This document shows positions 28,769 through 38,064 of a stretch of DNA of 64,000 bases, in pieces; position 1 is the stretch's first letter; each line of letters starts with the position of its first letter. Source of the stretch: Candidatus Bathyarchaeota archaeon (GTDB lineage: Archaea; Thermoproteota; Bathyarchaeia; Bathyarchaeales; Bathycorpusculaceae); the NCBI GenBank assembly GCA_963782525.1, contig CAWAKC010000001.1:480001-544000 (forward strand), read 5' to 3'. Under the pieces are notes generated by a model. The model saw only the letters and a list, made by a program, of their open reading frames with translations. It was not told the origin of the DNA and did not search any database. Both the position numbers and the translations under genes were made by a program.

Positions 28769-29569
28769 ATGGGCGCGTGCAAAAACGCTTGGAGTTTTAA
28801 GAGATTTCTTAACTATTACAGAAAAGCAATAACTATTATATTGAAAGGCGCTTTATCCGATAAGATAGGTGATTTCATGGTTACATTTGATCCTGACTTT
28901 ACGGAAGTTGTCTTTTTTGATATTGAATGTTACGTACCTCCCGAAGACCAAGAAAAACAGGGTAAAAGTTCATTAGTTTTTAATGCCGCCAAATCCAGCC
29001 ACTTCATTCTTGGCGGTGTGTTTCGTCAAATGTTTCCTTGCAAAGGTAAGAGGGAACCTGAGCCGGCTTCTCATATTTGGAATTTTCGAAGGGATGATGA
29101 AAAATCAACGTTAATAGATATTTACGAATACTTTAACAGATGTTGGGAAGCAATAGATAAGCGAAGCAGAAGAGATAATCCTGACTTAATTCTTGTGGGT
29201 ACTGGAATTTCATGTCATGATATTCCAGCGCTTTATGTGCGGTCTGTAAAACACAATATTGCCACAAAAGAGGAGTTATACGAAACTTACTTCAAAGCAA
29301 AAGTTGTTGATTTAGGAGAAGCGGCAATTCCGTTATTCAATAAAAACGCGAACGTTTATCCGCTTTACCCCAAAACTGACGACGAATTACTAAAGGAACT
29401 TGGCATAAAAAGTACAAAATCATCTGGAAAAAAAGTGTGGAACATGTATGAGGCTAATGATTTTGAGGGAATCAAAGCCAGAACAACCGCAGAAGTTGAG
29501 GATGCAATAGCGATGGCTGCTGCGATAATTAAAAGGTGTCCAGAATCTCCAAAATCGAAGTCACCTTAG
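28769..29569 (+). CDS. Putative DnaQ/PolB-like 3'-5' exonuclease
   Basis: FFDIEC (ExoI), LVGTGISCHDIPAL (ExoII-like), VDL, late acidic helix; likely start ATG 28877 after AGGTGA. Confidence 0.6.
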   Translation: MGACKNAWSFKRFLNYYRKAITIILKGALSDKIGDFMVTFDPDFTEVVFFDIECYVPPEDQEKQGKSSLVFNAAKSSHFILGGVFRQMFPCKGKREPEPASHIWNFRRDDEKSTLIDIYEYFNRCWEAIDKRSRRDNPDLILVGTGISCHDIPALYVRSVKHNIATKEELYETYFKAKVVDLGEAAIPLFNKNANVYPLYPKTDDELLKELGIKSTKSSGKKVWNMYEANDFEGIKARTTAEVEDAIAMAAAIIKRCPESPKSKSP

Positions 29570-29695
29570 AATACATAGGTTCCCAGAAAAACTGTCATTT
29601 CACTTGTGGGAATCATTGACGTTTTAGAGACCTAGTTCTAATCAAGGAAGCTTTTTTCTGAAGAAATTAAGTTCTACAGCTACAGCCTTGATGTA

Positions 29696-30374
29696 TTGAA
29701 TGAGTCTGCAACAGAAATATCGAATCAGTTTAGAAACAAGAAACTCCAAGACAATGTTACGAGGGATTGGGCTGTTCTTACCATATCCAATAAGATTATG
29801 GATACAGCCAAAGCTCACCTTGATTTGGTTTCTAAGGGATATCACTTCGATTCTCAAATTCTCTTATGCTGCATGTTGGAAAATGTCTGGGTGATGGATT
29901 AGTTATTCAAAAAAGAGAATAACGTGTAAGAATGGATAGGAGACATACACGGAAATTTGAAACCTAGTAACATAAGAAAACAACTCGGATTGCCCGATTT
30001 TACTAAATATTATTATGGCTTCCTCAGCGAACATGTACACTCAAGCTCTTCAGCGATTTCTCATTTTGGCAATTTTTGGTCTCGCGGCAGCAAATATAAC
30101 TTTCGCGAAATGGAGGAAAGCGATTTCACGAAAAATTGAACATTTGGAAGCATCACGCGTAAACAAGCACTCGTTTAGCCCAGATGTTGAGACGTACGCT
30201 TTGAACATCCTGTACAACCACTACAACAACTTTTTTGAGCCAAAAACCAAAGTGATGATTGAAGAAATTACAAAACAAATGAATGAGAATTCGGAAAAAG
30301 CTTTAGCCGAATTCGAGAAGACCAAGAATAGAAAATCGGCAATTAACCTCCGAAAAACAGGAGAGAACAGATAA
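29696..30374 (+). pseudogene. Fragmented DUF5677/HEPN-like protein
   Basis: ORFs 29696-29902 and 29957-30139 are in frame across TAG and TAA stops; 'ILLCCMLEN' and 'YGFLSEHVH' motifs; later frameshift into 30015-30374. Confidence 0.55.
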
Positions 30375-30561
30375 GATGATGTCGCACCTTGTCTAAATGC
30401 TTTGATTCATAATACCCAATCAATTTTCAGGCTCAATTTCTAGTCAATTGTTAAATTTTGACAAGAACCAGCCGCCATCCAAGGCATCGAATATTCAAAA
30501 CTACTTTTGTAAACCCTAATTTTTACAGGCAAAATAGATTTGTAAAAAAAATAAAAGAGGT

Positions 30562-31128
30562 TTAGAGTTTTTTGGTCAGCTCGTGGCGTATCCACCAGAC
30601 GACTCCTACTATTGCAGGAATTGCAAAGATTGCAACTATCCAGAGCAGTATCGTCACCATTGAACCCACGACGTAGTCTAAAGTGTAAGTTGAGATGGCA
30701 ACATTCCAATTTCCGTCAACATAGACTTTGATTGCGAAGGCAATAAAGAGCAACGGCGAAATAGCTCCTCCAGCACTGCTTGACCGTGACCGCTTCCAAG
30801 AGAGGCCGCTCTTTTCTGCATCAGGTACTCTTTTCCACCATTGCCAACCCAGTGTTGCACCGATAGCTACGGGGATTCCGATTAAGACAAGCTCCCAGAA
30901 GATTGCATGCAGAATAAAAGATATCGAGTTACCCATCGTCCACATGCCAAGAGTTGAAGGGACTAACCCTGTTGACTGGGCATTTCCAGTGAACCAGACA
31001 AACACGTAAATTAAGCCTGCAAACGCCAAAATGGCTGCTGTAATAAAAAGGGCAAAGGCTGGCCAGTGCTTTCTTAGGAACAGCTGCCAGCCATAGCTTG
31101 TTTGGGTTTCAACTTGTTCAGTTGTCAT
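30562..31128 (-). CDS. Hypothetical membrane protein (4 TM)
   Basis: Four hydrophobic segments; follows the DUF996 gene. Confidence 0.75.
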   Translation of the reverse strand: MTTEQVETQTSYGWQLFLRKHWPAFALFITAAILAFAGLIYVFVWFTGNAQSTGLVPSTLGMWTMGNSISFILHAIFWELVLIGIPVAIGATLGWQWWKRVPDAEKSGLSWKRSRSSSAGGAISPLLFIAFAIKVYVDGNWNVAISTYTLDYVVGSMVTILLWIVAIFAIPAIVGVVWWIRHELTKKL

Positions 31129-31152
31129 GTTCTTCGCCGTTTAGAGTCGGTT

Positions 31153-31779
31153 TTAGTTGGCTTGTGTTGTTTGGTTCGGCTGGGTAGGTGGCTGCTGTGA
31201 GAATCCGTATCCGTTGGCGTAGGGTTGGTAGTCTTTGGGCTTCATGCTAAAGAAGCCAATTGTGGCAAAGATCCATGCGACGAGTATCAGTATTAAGCCT
31301 ATGCCGATGATTGTTAATGCGGCACCAACTATGAACAACGTGCCTGCGGTAGTGAAGGATGATTCGCCTGTTTTCTGTCCCATTGTTTCAAAGACTTTTC
31401 TTAGGTGTATTGCAGCAAGCAAGTAGAACACAAATGCGACTACGAGTCCAACTAAGATTGCAACGACGCCTCCTACGAAGCCTAAAGCAAGCGATGGAGC
31501 AACACCAGAGAATAACCCAAAGCTGGCAAAGCTTATCACGCCAACGCCGATGGCCACTGCTGCCGCGATTAGGGCAACTATGTAGTATTTTAGACCTGCC
31601 AAAGTGTTCCGATAGATGCTTTCATCCTTGTAGTAATAGGATAGTTCTTTCATTGCTTTAAGTAGTAGGACTATGCCAACTATGCCAAGGACCCATCCTA
31701 CGGTTGGAACTAAGCCAAGTAAAAGCAGGATTCCGCCTTCGCCGGCCAATGTTTTGCTATACTGAAAGTTCACATTCAT
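31153..31779 (-). CDS. DUF996 family membrane protein
   Basis: SKTLAGEGGIL...LSYYYKDESI...FTTAGTL..GAALTII.IG...GFFS pattern. Confidence 0.85.
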   Translation of the reverse strand: MNVNFQYSKTLAGEGGILLLLGLVPTVGWVLGIVGIVLLLKAMKELSYYYKDESIYRNTLAGLKYYIVALIAAAVAIGVGVISFASFGLFSGVAPSLALGFVGGVVAILVGLVVAFVFYLLAAIHLRKVFETMGQKTGESSFTTAGTLFIVGAALTIIGIGLILILVAWIFATIGFFSMKPKDYQPYANGYGFSQQPPTQPNQTTQAN

Positions 31780-31877
31780 TTTGTTTTTCCTCCGAATTTT
31801 TTTCCGCTGAAATCCCTATAGCGACCTCGGGATATAGCCCTAACATTTGGAACTGCGTATCTGAACTTTAGAGGAAG

Positions 31878-31896
31878 GACTCTAAGGGTTAGAGTC
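31878..31896. promoter_or_regulatory. Candidate operator (perfect inverted repeat)
   Basis: GACTCTAA-GGG-TTAGAGTC between divergent genes. Confidence 0.5.
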
Positions 31897-31987
31897 ATAA
31901 GCAAAAGACCAAAAACATGGAAAAACTACAGTTAAAAAGAGTTTAATTTATCTGCGCCTTCCCCAAATATCACTGCAGGGCTAAGCA

Positions 31988-32464
31988 TTGGCGAAATCCC
32001 GTGGCATAAGTGCAGACATGCAGTCACCAAGAACAAGACTACTCTACCTAATCTACTCTGCGCCCAACAGCCGCATCAAAGCAGCCCCCGGCACCAAATC
32101 AAACATCGCGCAGGTTTTAGGCTACAAGTCTGATGGACACTTCCACTACGACTGGAACTACCTAACAAACGCCGGCATGATTGAGGAAAAACAAGGATAT
32201 TTCCTTGTCACTGATACAGGAAAAAAAGAATTCGCTCTCCAATCAACCGCAGCCATGAGCAACTGGATAATGGTTGTCATGGGAATTGCCATGGTGTCTT
32301 TTACAGTCGGACTTGAATTGGAATTGCTGCCAAAGGAAACTGTGGCTCTTTTCGGCTCAGTTCTAATCTTGATTGGCTCTTTATTTTTGCTGGTAAACCG
32401 TAAAACCAAACCAAGATTATCCTCAGAAGCAAAAGCCCTGCTAAAAGATTTAAACCGCCGTTAG
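31988..32464 (+). CDS. wHTH protein with two C-terminal TM helices
   Basis: NIAQVLGY...YLTNAGMIE...FLVTDTGK wHTH wing, then two TM segments. Confidence 0.7.
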   Translation: MAKSRGISADMQSPRTRLLYLIYSAPNSRIKAAPGTKSNIAQVLGYKSDGHFHYDWNYLTNAGMIEEKQGYFLVTDTGKKEFALQSTAAMSNWIMVVMGIAMVSFTVGLELELLPKETVALFGSVLILIGSLFLLVNRKTKPRLSSEAKALLKDLNRR

Positions 32465-32675
32465 CTTTCAGGTTTAAGGTCTGGCTCAACCTTTACAGTT
32501 ACATTTGGTCCTTTTATTCCAGCCTACAGAGTGAGAATATGGGAAATAAACTGTTCTGCAGTGCAGGACCGGACTGTGCTATTGCTGTGTACTCTTTCCA
32601 ACCTTCCTCTTTTCTAAACTTCTGCAACCTCCGATCCCTGAACATTATGCAGATTGTACACTCAAAATTTTTCAT
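32461..32675 (-). pseudogene. Possible degenerate remnant resembling a CDF-transporter C-terminal domain
   Basis: Frameshifted reading with two TAG stops, ending ...IKGPNVTVKVEPDLKPES; resemblance is weak. Confidence 0.25.
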
Positions 32676-32759
32676 AGCTATCCCTTGGCAAAAAAAGTAA
32701 TAAAATTAACGTTAAAAAACATAAGAATGCTTAATAAAACTGGCTCTCCCCTATTGGGG

Positions 32760-32816
32760 TGCCGATGAAGAACCTAATTAGCTGATTTGATGATGCACCC
32801 TAGGGTATCTGAGGCA
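32760..32816 (+). ncRNA. C/D box sRNA
   Basis: TGCC/GGCA terminal stem; C box ATGAAGA 32765-71, D' CTGA 32782-85, C' TTGATGA 32787-93, D CTGA 32809-12; TATA-like CTTAATA near 32730. Confidence 0.8.
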
Positions 32817-32820
32817 AAAT

Positions 32821-33069
32821 TTACTCGATTACTTTCTTTCGGACGAGGAATATCAGGAGAACCAATCCAACGATGAACAGGACAGCGCCGACAAGTACGG
32901 AAGCGGCATAATCGATCTTTAGGACATCCGCCATCAAGTAGGGAACATACGTTGAACCAACAAAGATCAAGAATACAGAGACTATCGTCATTGCTACTTT
33001 CATGAATTTCGAATCTAAACTGCTAACTTGCATATTTTCATTGTTTTCTGTCATGCGACGCCCATCCAC
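32821..33069 (-). CDS. Small 2-TM membrane protein
   Basis: Two hydrophobic helices; abuts the PAC2 gene. Confidence 0.7.
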   Translation of the reverse strand: MDGRRMTENNENMQVSSLDSKFMKVAMTIVSVFLIFVGSTYVPYLMADVLKIDYAASVLVGAVLFIVGLVLLIFLVRKKVIE

Positions 33070-33756
33070 TTACTCTTCAGGTGCATTGTTTTCTACTAGC
33101 CCTTCTTTTATCTCTTTTCCTAATGCCTTCATCAAGAACTTGAAAACCAAGAATCCAGCGCCCTTATCAGCCTTAAAACCCATCGTAGTTCCCAACAAAC
33201 CGATACCGTCAATCTTTCTTTCCTTCGCCAACGCCAACGTTAAACCGGTTCCACCGACGATTCTGCCTTTACTGTAGATTACGGCGCCCTTCTCCATAAA
33301 CTCCGTTGCCAAACGCGTCGATGTAGCGGCGATGTAAACCTGAGTTTTATCCTCAGTTATCGGTACTCCACCCATGGTTACGATAAATTTACAACCCAAT
33401 TTTTCAACGAAATCAAGTACGGAATCACAAACGGTATAATGAGCGACCACGTCATCAAACGAAGGTTGAATATCGCCTGTCATTATGACTAGATTGTTCT
33501 TCTCCATGGGTGCATAGTAGAAGTCATAACGTGGCAAGTTAGCGATGCCCTTGCTTGTTATGGCGACGTAATCGGGAAAAGAAGGAGAATACAACTCGGC
33601 GAAAGGTTTAGCGTCAAAGAACTTTATGAGCAGGTGCGCGGCGATTCTGCCTACGTTTCCAAAACCTGGGAGCCCTTGAACAAAGATTGGGTTTTCAAGA
33701 GTCGGATTCGAAAGGGTACGCAAATACGGCTTGTCCAAACTAAACCATCCGTCCAT
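33070..33756 (-). CDS. PAC2 family (proteasome assembly chaperone-like) protein
   Basis: GLPGFGNVG, YSPSFP, TGDIQP, TMGG, IVGGTG motifs. Confidence 0.88.
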   Translation of the reverse strand: MDGWFSLDKPYLRTLSNPTLENPIFVQGLPGFGNVGRIAAHLLIKFFDAKPFAELYSPSFPDYVAITSKGIANLPRYDFYYAPMEKNNLVIMTGDIQPSFDDVVAHYTVCDSVLDFVEKLGCKFIVTMGGVPITEDKTQVYIAATSTRLATEFMEKGAVIYSKGRIVGGTGLTLALAKERKIDGIGLLGTTMGFKADKGAGFLVFKFLMKALGKEIKEGLVENNAPEE

Positions 33757-33865
33757 ACAAAGAAACTCGACACTAAAATCCTTTTGCCGACAACGAAAAA
33801 GAAACTATTAATATTTGACGCTTCAACTAATAGGATACATCCCAAAAAACGACACCAAAACCTGT

Positions 33866-33944
33866 AGCGGGGTGGGGTAGCCAGGATTAACCCGCTGGGC
33901 TCATAACCCAGAGATCAGTAGTTCAAATCTACTCCCCGCTACCA
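33866..33944 (+). tRNA. Initiator tRNA-Met (CAT), CCA encoded
   Basis: AGCGGGG...CCCCGCTACCA acceptor stem with A1-U72; anticodon arm CTGGG-CTCATAA-CCCAG with three consecutive G-C pairs; GTTCAAATC T-loop. Confidence 0.97.
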
Positions 33945-34009
33945 ACAACAAAATTTTGCCTCCTAACCCCCCGGCGACCCTTTGGCCATTAACAAAAGCT
34001 TGAACTCTT

Positions 34010-34290
34010 TAAAGCACTAAATCTACCACTAAACCAATCACCCAAGCAATCGCCCACAAACCCAAAAAAACAAGAACTGCACGCAACCGACATCGACACG
34101 GAAACAGAAACCCAACATACCCCACACTACACCCACACTGCCTAACATAGCATCCAACATTGCTGTGTAAATCAAACCCGCTTCCCACACACAAAACAAA
34201 AGAGAAAAACAACCCAAACCCAAAGCCCCAAATGTAGTGTGCAACTTTATAGCGCCACACCCACACAAAAAGAAAAAGCATTTAAGAACA
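34010..34290. repeat. A/C-rich low-complexity tract
   Basis: Strongly G/T-depleted + strand (CCCACA, CAAACCC-like units). Confidence 0.6.
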
Positions 34291-34465
34291 AAAAGTATGT
34301 CAGCAATCTAAAATCCCCAATTTGACTCTTGGATTAAATAAGGGCTTATTTGCCTTTAAGACGCCAAGTTTGCTGCGAGTTTTTAGTATTTCTTAAGCCC
34401 TAAATACAGCTTGTTTACTGTAAAAGTAAATAAATAGGTTGACATAACATTAAAGAAACTTCAGT

Positions 34466-36268
34466 TTGGTGAATTCCGTGAAGCGACCTAATGCAATCCT
34501 ATTGATTGTGGCTTTCTCGTTACTTGTTATTTTGCCAGTTGCTTTGCCCTCTGGTGTTTCAGCCCAAGCCAGCAACTACACTATTGACAAAGTAGACCAT
34601 CAGGTTCAAGTTATGTATTCTGGACACATAGTAATAATCGATACTATCCATGTTTCTGGTCAGATAACGGATGGATTCATGATCGGGTTACCATCTCAGT
34701 ACAGCGCTTCTGTCCTCAAGGGCATAGCATATGACGATACTCATGTTTACCAGATTAATTTAGGTGTTCAACTGGGCGACCGAAGCGGATTCTATGGCGC
34801 AACAGTAAACTTCAACGGAAACACACCTAGCGTCTTCACAGTTGCCTTTGTGCTATCCAACAGCCTCGTGACTGAACAAGGTACTGGCGTTTACAATCTT
34901 AACTTTCCTGCATACCCCAGTCTAGGACAGGATGTAGGAACCTGCGACGTCACCTTTACTTTTCCAAGTACACCTTCAACCATAACAATCTCCAAAGATG
35001 ACGGAAACATAGATACGGCGACTTACTCAAAAACTAACCTAGCAGCCTACACTTTCGCCCCAGCCACAGCCGTCGTTCAATTATCAACTGGAGCCATACA
35101 ATTAACCACCATAACCAGCTTAAACCGCCAAATAAACATCGACGCAACAGGCAAAGTCACGGCTTCAGATAACTACCGGATAATCAGTAACTCCACATCA
35201 CTTATGAGTTCATTCGCAATTACCCTTCCCGGAGAGGCAAAGAACGTTCAGATAAGAGATCAATTCGGAGCTTTACCCGCCAACTTAGGAATAAGCGATA
35301 ATTCGATAGTAGCTAACGCAACTTTAGTGACGTTCTTGTCTAATGGCCAGACGACGGTGTTGACTGCACAATATAATTTGCCAAGTGCAACGCTTCAAGG
35401 CAGCAACTATGTTTTAGGGAACTTCAAGCTTTTTCCAGATTTTGGCTACTTCGTTAATCAAGCCACTATAAATTTTACTCCGCCTGAAGGAGCCACAATC
35501 GTTACTCCAAAAGCGTCAGAACTTGACCCGTCTTCAACATTAACAAGGCAAACCTATCAAGATAGCCTCACCGTAACAAAGAACAACTTGAGCTACGTGG
35601 ATTATCTTGCACCCCAACAGAACACCATCCAACTAGAATTCAATTATAATCCAGTATGGTCTTCTTTCAGACCCACGTTTTGGGCGGCACTCCTAGCTGT
35701 GGTTGCATGCGTAGCAGTCTTTTTCGTTAGAAGACATAAACCAGCTGAAGAAACTTACAAAGAAAAAACCGAACGGTTAGCAACACTCCAGACATCCCCG
35801 TCTGTGCAGCAAACTAGGGGAGCGGAAATAAAGACCGGTCAACAAGTTTCTGCAGAAACCATCAGGGAGTTCATAGATGCCTACGAAGACAAAAAACAGT
35901 TAAATGCTGAGGTAAAGTCGATGGATGCAAAGGCGCAAAAAGGAAAGATTCCAAGACGCCAATACAAAGTTCAAAGAAACGCTATAGAGGTTCGTTTGCA
36001 AGGCATAAACCGAAACATTGAAAGAACAAAGAAAGCCTTCATGGGCACAACTGGCAGCTACTCTGATTTAGTTAAGCAACTGGATTTGGCTGAAGCAGAC
36101 TTGGTTGAAGCTGAAGAAAACATAAAGAACCTTGAAGCGCGGCAAAACAAGGGAGAAATTTCGCTTGAAGTCTATAAGAGATCCATCGGAGACTACCAAA
36201 AACAAAGAGACAAAGCTGAATCTGCCATAAACGGAATTTTGCTGAGATTACGTGAAAAAATCCGCTAA
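34466..36268 (+). CDS. Ribophorin I (Ost1)-like type I membrane protein
   Basis: Signal peptide, beta-rich ectodomain with [18 protein letters not shown], YNLPS and PPEGA, single TM, cytoplasmic helical bundle. Confidence 0.75.
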   Translation: [600 protein letters not shown]

Positions 36269-36333
36269 AACACCTAAACCCTTTTATTTTACTCATCAAC
36301 TTTTGAAGGAAATATCCCAGAGGTAAGACAAAA

Positions 36334-36513
36334 ATGGTAAAAATTGTTGTCGATCCTAAATGCACTGGATGCGAAACTTGTGTCAACACTTGCCCAGTCG
36401 GCGTATACGAAATCAAAGACGGCAAATCTGTTCCAAGCAAGTCAAGTGAATGTCTTGTTTGTAGAGCATGTGAAGCACAATGCCCCGAAGGTGCTATTCA
36501 GGTAATCGAATAA
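36334..36513 (+). CDS. 2[4Fe-4S] ferredoxin
   Basis: 59 aa, CTGCETCVNTCP and CLVCRACEAQCP; below the ORF-track cutoff. Confidence 0.93.
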   Translation: MVKIVVDPKCTGCETCVNTCPVGVYEIKDGKSVPSKSSECLVCRACEAQCPEGAIQVIE

Positions 36514-36624
36514 ACTAAATTTCTCCACAATCTCAAGTTGAGGTTGAGAGAGTTTCCCTTTTATTAGTCAAGTTTTTATCAAGTATTTTTTGAAGCAAAA
36601 GATAAAACGCAATGAACTTCGGGT

Positions 36625-36783
36625 TTAATCTTCAAGGTTTAGAAGAAACTCAACTATCCTTGCGAGTTGCTTTGCAGTTGGAAGGTCTATGTTCTGTTCT
36701 TCATCTATGTTTATGATTAAATTATCGGTTTGCATAGCTTTCCTATTAGCGACTTTTGCTATAACAATATCCCTGACTTGCAC
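36625..36783 (-). CDS. Possible small protein or gene remnant
   Basis: 52-codon GTG ORF ending LARIVEFLLNLED; a 19-bp palindrome (36781-36799) overlaps the start. Confidence 0.3.
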   Translation of the reverse strand: MQVRDIVIAKVANRKAMQTDNLIINIDEEQNIDLPTAKQLARIVEFLLNLED

Positions 36784-36966
36784 TTCGAAGTTCGAAGTGG
36801 CAGAAAAATCGAAGTTAACATTTTAACACTTCCATGTAAATTTAGCAGACTTAGCACTTGAAAGAGCATACACTTCCAGATAAAACAACACAAATCATCT
36901 TTTCCACCAAAATTAATCCATTAACCCAAGTAAAAGTTATATTCTAAAGCTCCCTAAAACCTTGTT

Positions 36967-37242
36967 ATGCCAGACAAAGTTCATTGTTGCCACATACTGG
37001 TCAAAACATTAACAGAAGCCCAAAACGCCAAAGCCCGACTCGACAAAGGCGAAAAATTCGGCGCTGTAGCCCAACAAGTTTCCCTATGCCCTTCCGGCAA
37101 AAAAGGAGGAGACCTAGGAACTTTCACAAGAGGCAAAATGGTGAAAGAATTCGAGAAAACCGCCTTCGAACTCGAAAAGGGTCAAACTTCGGCTCCTGTT
37201 AAAACTCAGTTTGGGTACCACATCATAAAACGAATCGAATAA
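36967..37242 (+). CDS. ppiC: Parvulin-type peptidyl-prolyl isomerase
   Basis: HILVK, SLCPSGKKGGDLG, MVKEFE, TQFGYHII. Confidence 0.93.
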   Translation: MPDKVHCCHILVKTLTEAQNAKARLDKGEKFGAVAQQVSLCPSGKKGGDLGTFTRGKMVKEFEKTAFELEKGQTSAPVKTQFGYHIIKRIE

Positions 37243-37355
37243 ACAGATGCAAGCAGGGCAAATCCGCTCTAAAGCGCTTTTTATGTTCCAAAGAAAAGGC
37301 AGGAATCTAAGCGACCAACATAAAACTGAACCTTATCAAAAACGAAAGAACATTA

Positions 37356-38060
37356 TTGATTGTTTGCTTAGCGTTCCTTCTAAGTTTTTTGCTGGTTACA
37401 CTTTTTAGAGCAAACTTTCACCAAATTGATGTTGATGTAAACCAGTATATTCCAGCAATCCAATCAGGCATGTTGACGGTTTTTGCTCAGGGGGTTGCAT
37501 TATTTTTTGACACTGCAAGTATTGCGATTTTCTCCCTGATTATTGCAGGGTTTTTGTTCTGGAAGAATTACAAAGCGCAAGGTCTACTCCTTTTGGGCGC
37601 GATGGGTGGGGATGCTTTGATAGTTTCAGCCCTAAAAGCCTTTGAACACGTTGCTAGACCAACGAATAACATTTTATTCGACACCGGTTTTTCATATCCT
37701 AGCGGTCATAGTGCAGGATGCATAGTTTTTGTTGGAGTGCTTGCTTATTTTGCTTGGCGGCACTGGCAAAGCACGCTTTCAAGGGCTTTAATTGGCGTTG
37801 GATTGGGGTCAGTCGTGGGTGTTGTGGGTTTTGATAGGCTTTACTTGAATGTTCATTGGCTTAGTGATGTTTTGGGTGGGTGGCTGTTTGGGGCATTTTG
37901 GCTGTCGTTTGTTATTTTGGTTTTTCGGCAATTGCAGTTGAGCGGGAAGGTTGAGTCGGAGAGTTTTGGTGTAGTTGCTAATTGGCTTTATGTGGTGGCG
38001 GTTGTGGTTTCGGTTTTTGTTGTTTTGTTTAGTATGTTGGGTAATTTCTTCCACTTTTAA
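37356..38060 (+). CDS. PAP2 family membrane phosphatase
   Basis: K..E...RP, SYPSGH, DRLYLNVHWLSDV. Confidence 0.9.
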   Translation: MIVCLAFLLSFLLVTLFRANFHQIDVDVNQYIPAIQSGMLTVFAQGVALFFDTASIAIFSLIIAGFLFWKNYKAQGLLLLGAMGGDALIVSALKAFEHVARPTNNILFDTGFSYPSGHSAGCIVFVGVLAYFAWRHWQSTLSRALIGVGLGSVVGVVGFDRLYLNVHWLSDVLGGWLFGAFWLSFVILVFRQLQLSGKVESESFGVVANWLYVVAVVVSVFVVLFSMLGNFFHF

Positions 38061-38064
38061 TGTT

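Noticed and set aside
28560-29632. GTTTTA(A/G)GAG-like words resembling CRISPR repeat starts
   Set aside because: Only short, irregularly spaced matches; no repeat-spacer periodicity and no cas genes.
20137-32675. In-frame TAG codons in several broken ORFs suggesting pyrrolysine or stop-codon recoding
   Set aside because: The same ORFs also contain TAA stops or frameshifts, and intact genes such as mbf1, rps28e and dapF end in TAG; ordinary decay explains it.
34009-34281. Cys/Val/Gly/Phe-rich minus-strand ORFs
   Set aside because: Products of the G/T-rich low-complexity tract; two overlapping frames look equally membrane-like.
33866-34465. Integrated element at tRNA-iMet
   Set aside because: No integrase and no duplicated tRNA 3' end seen in the window.
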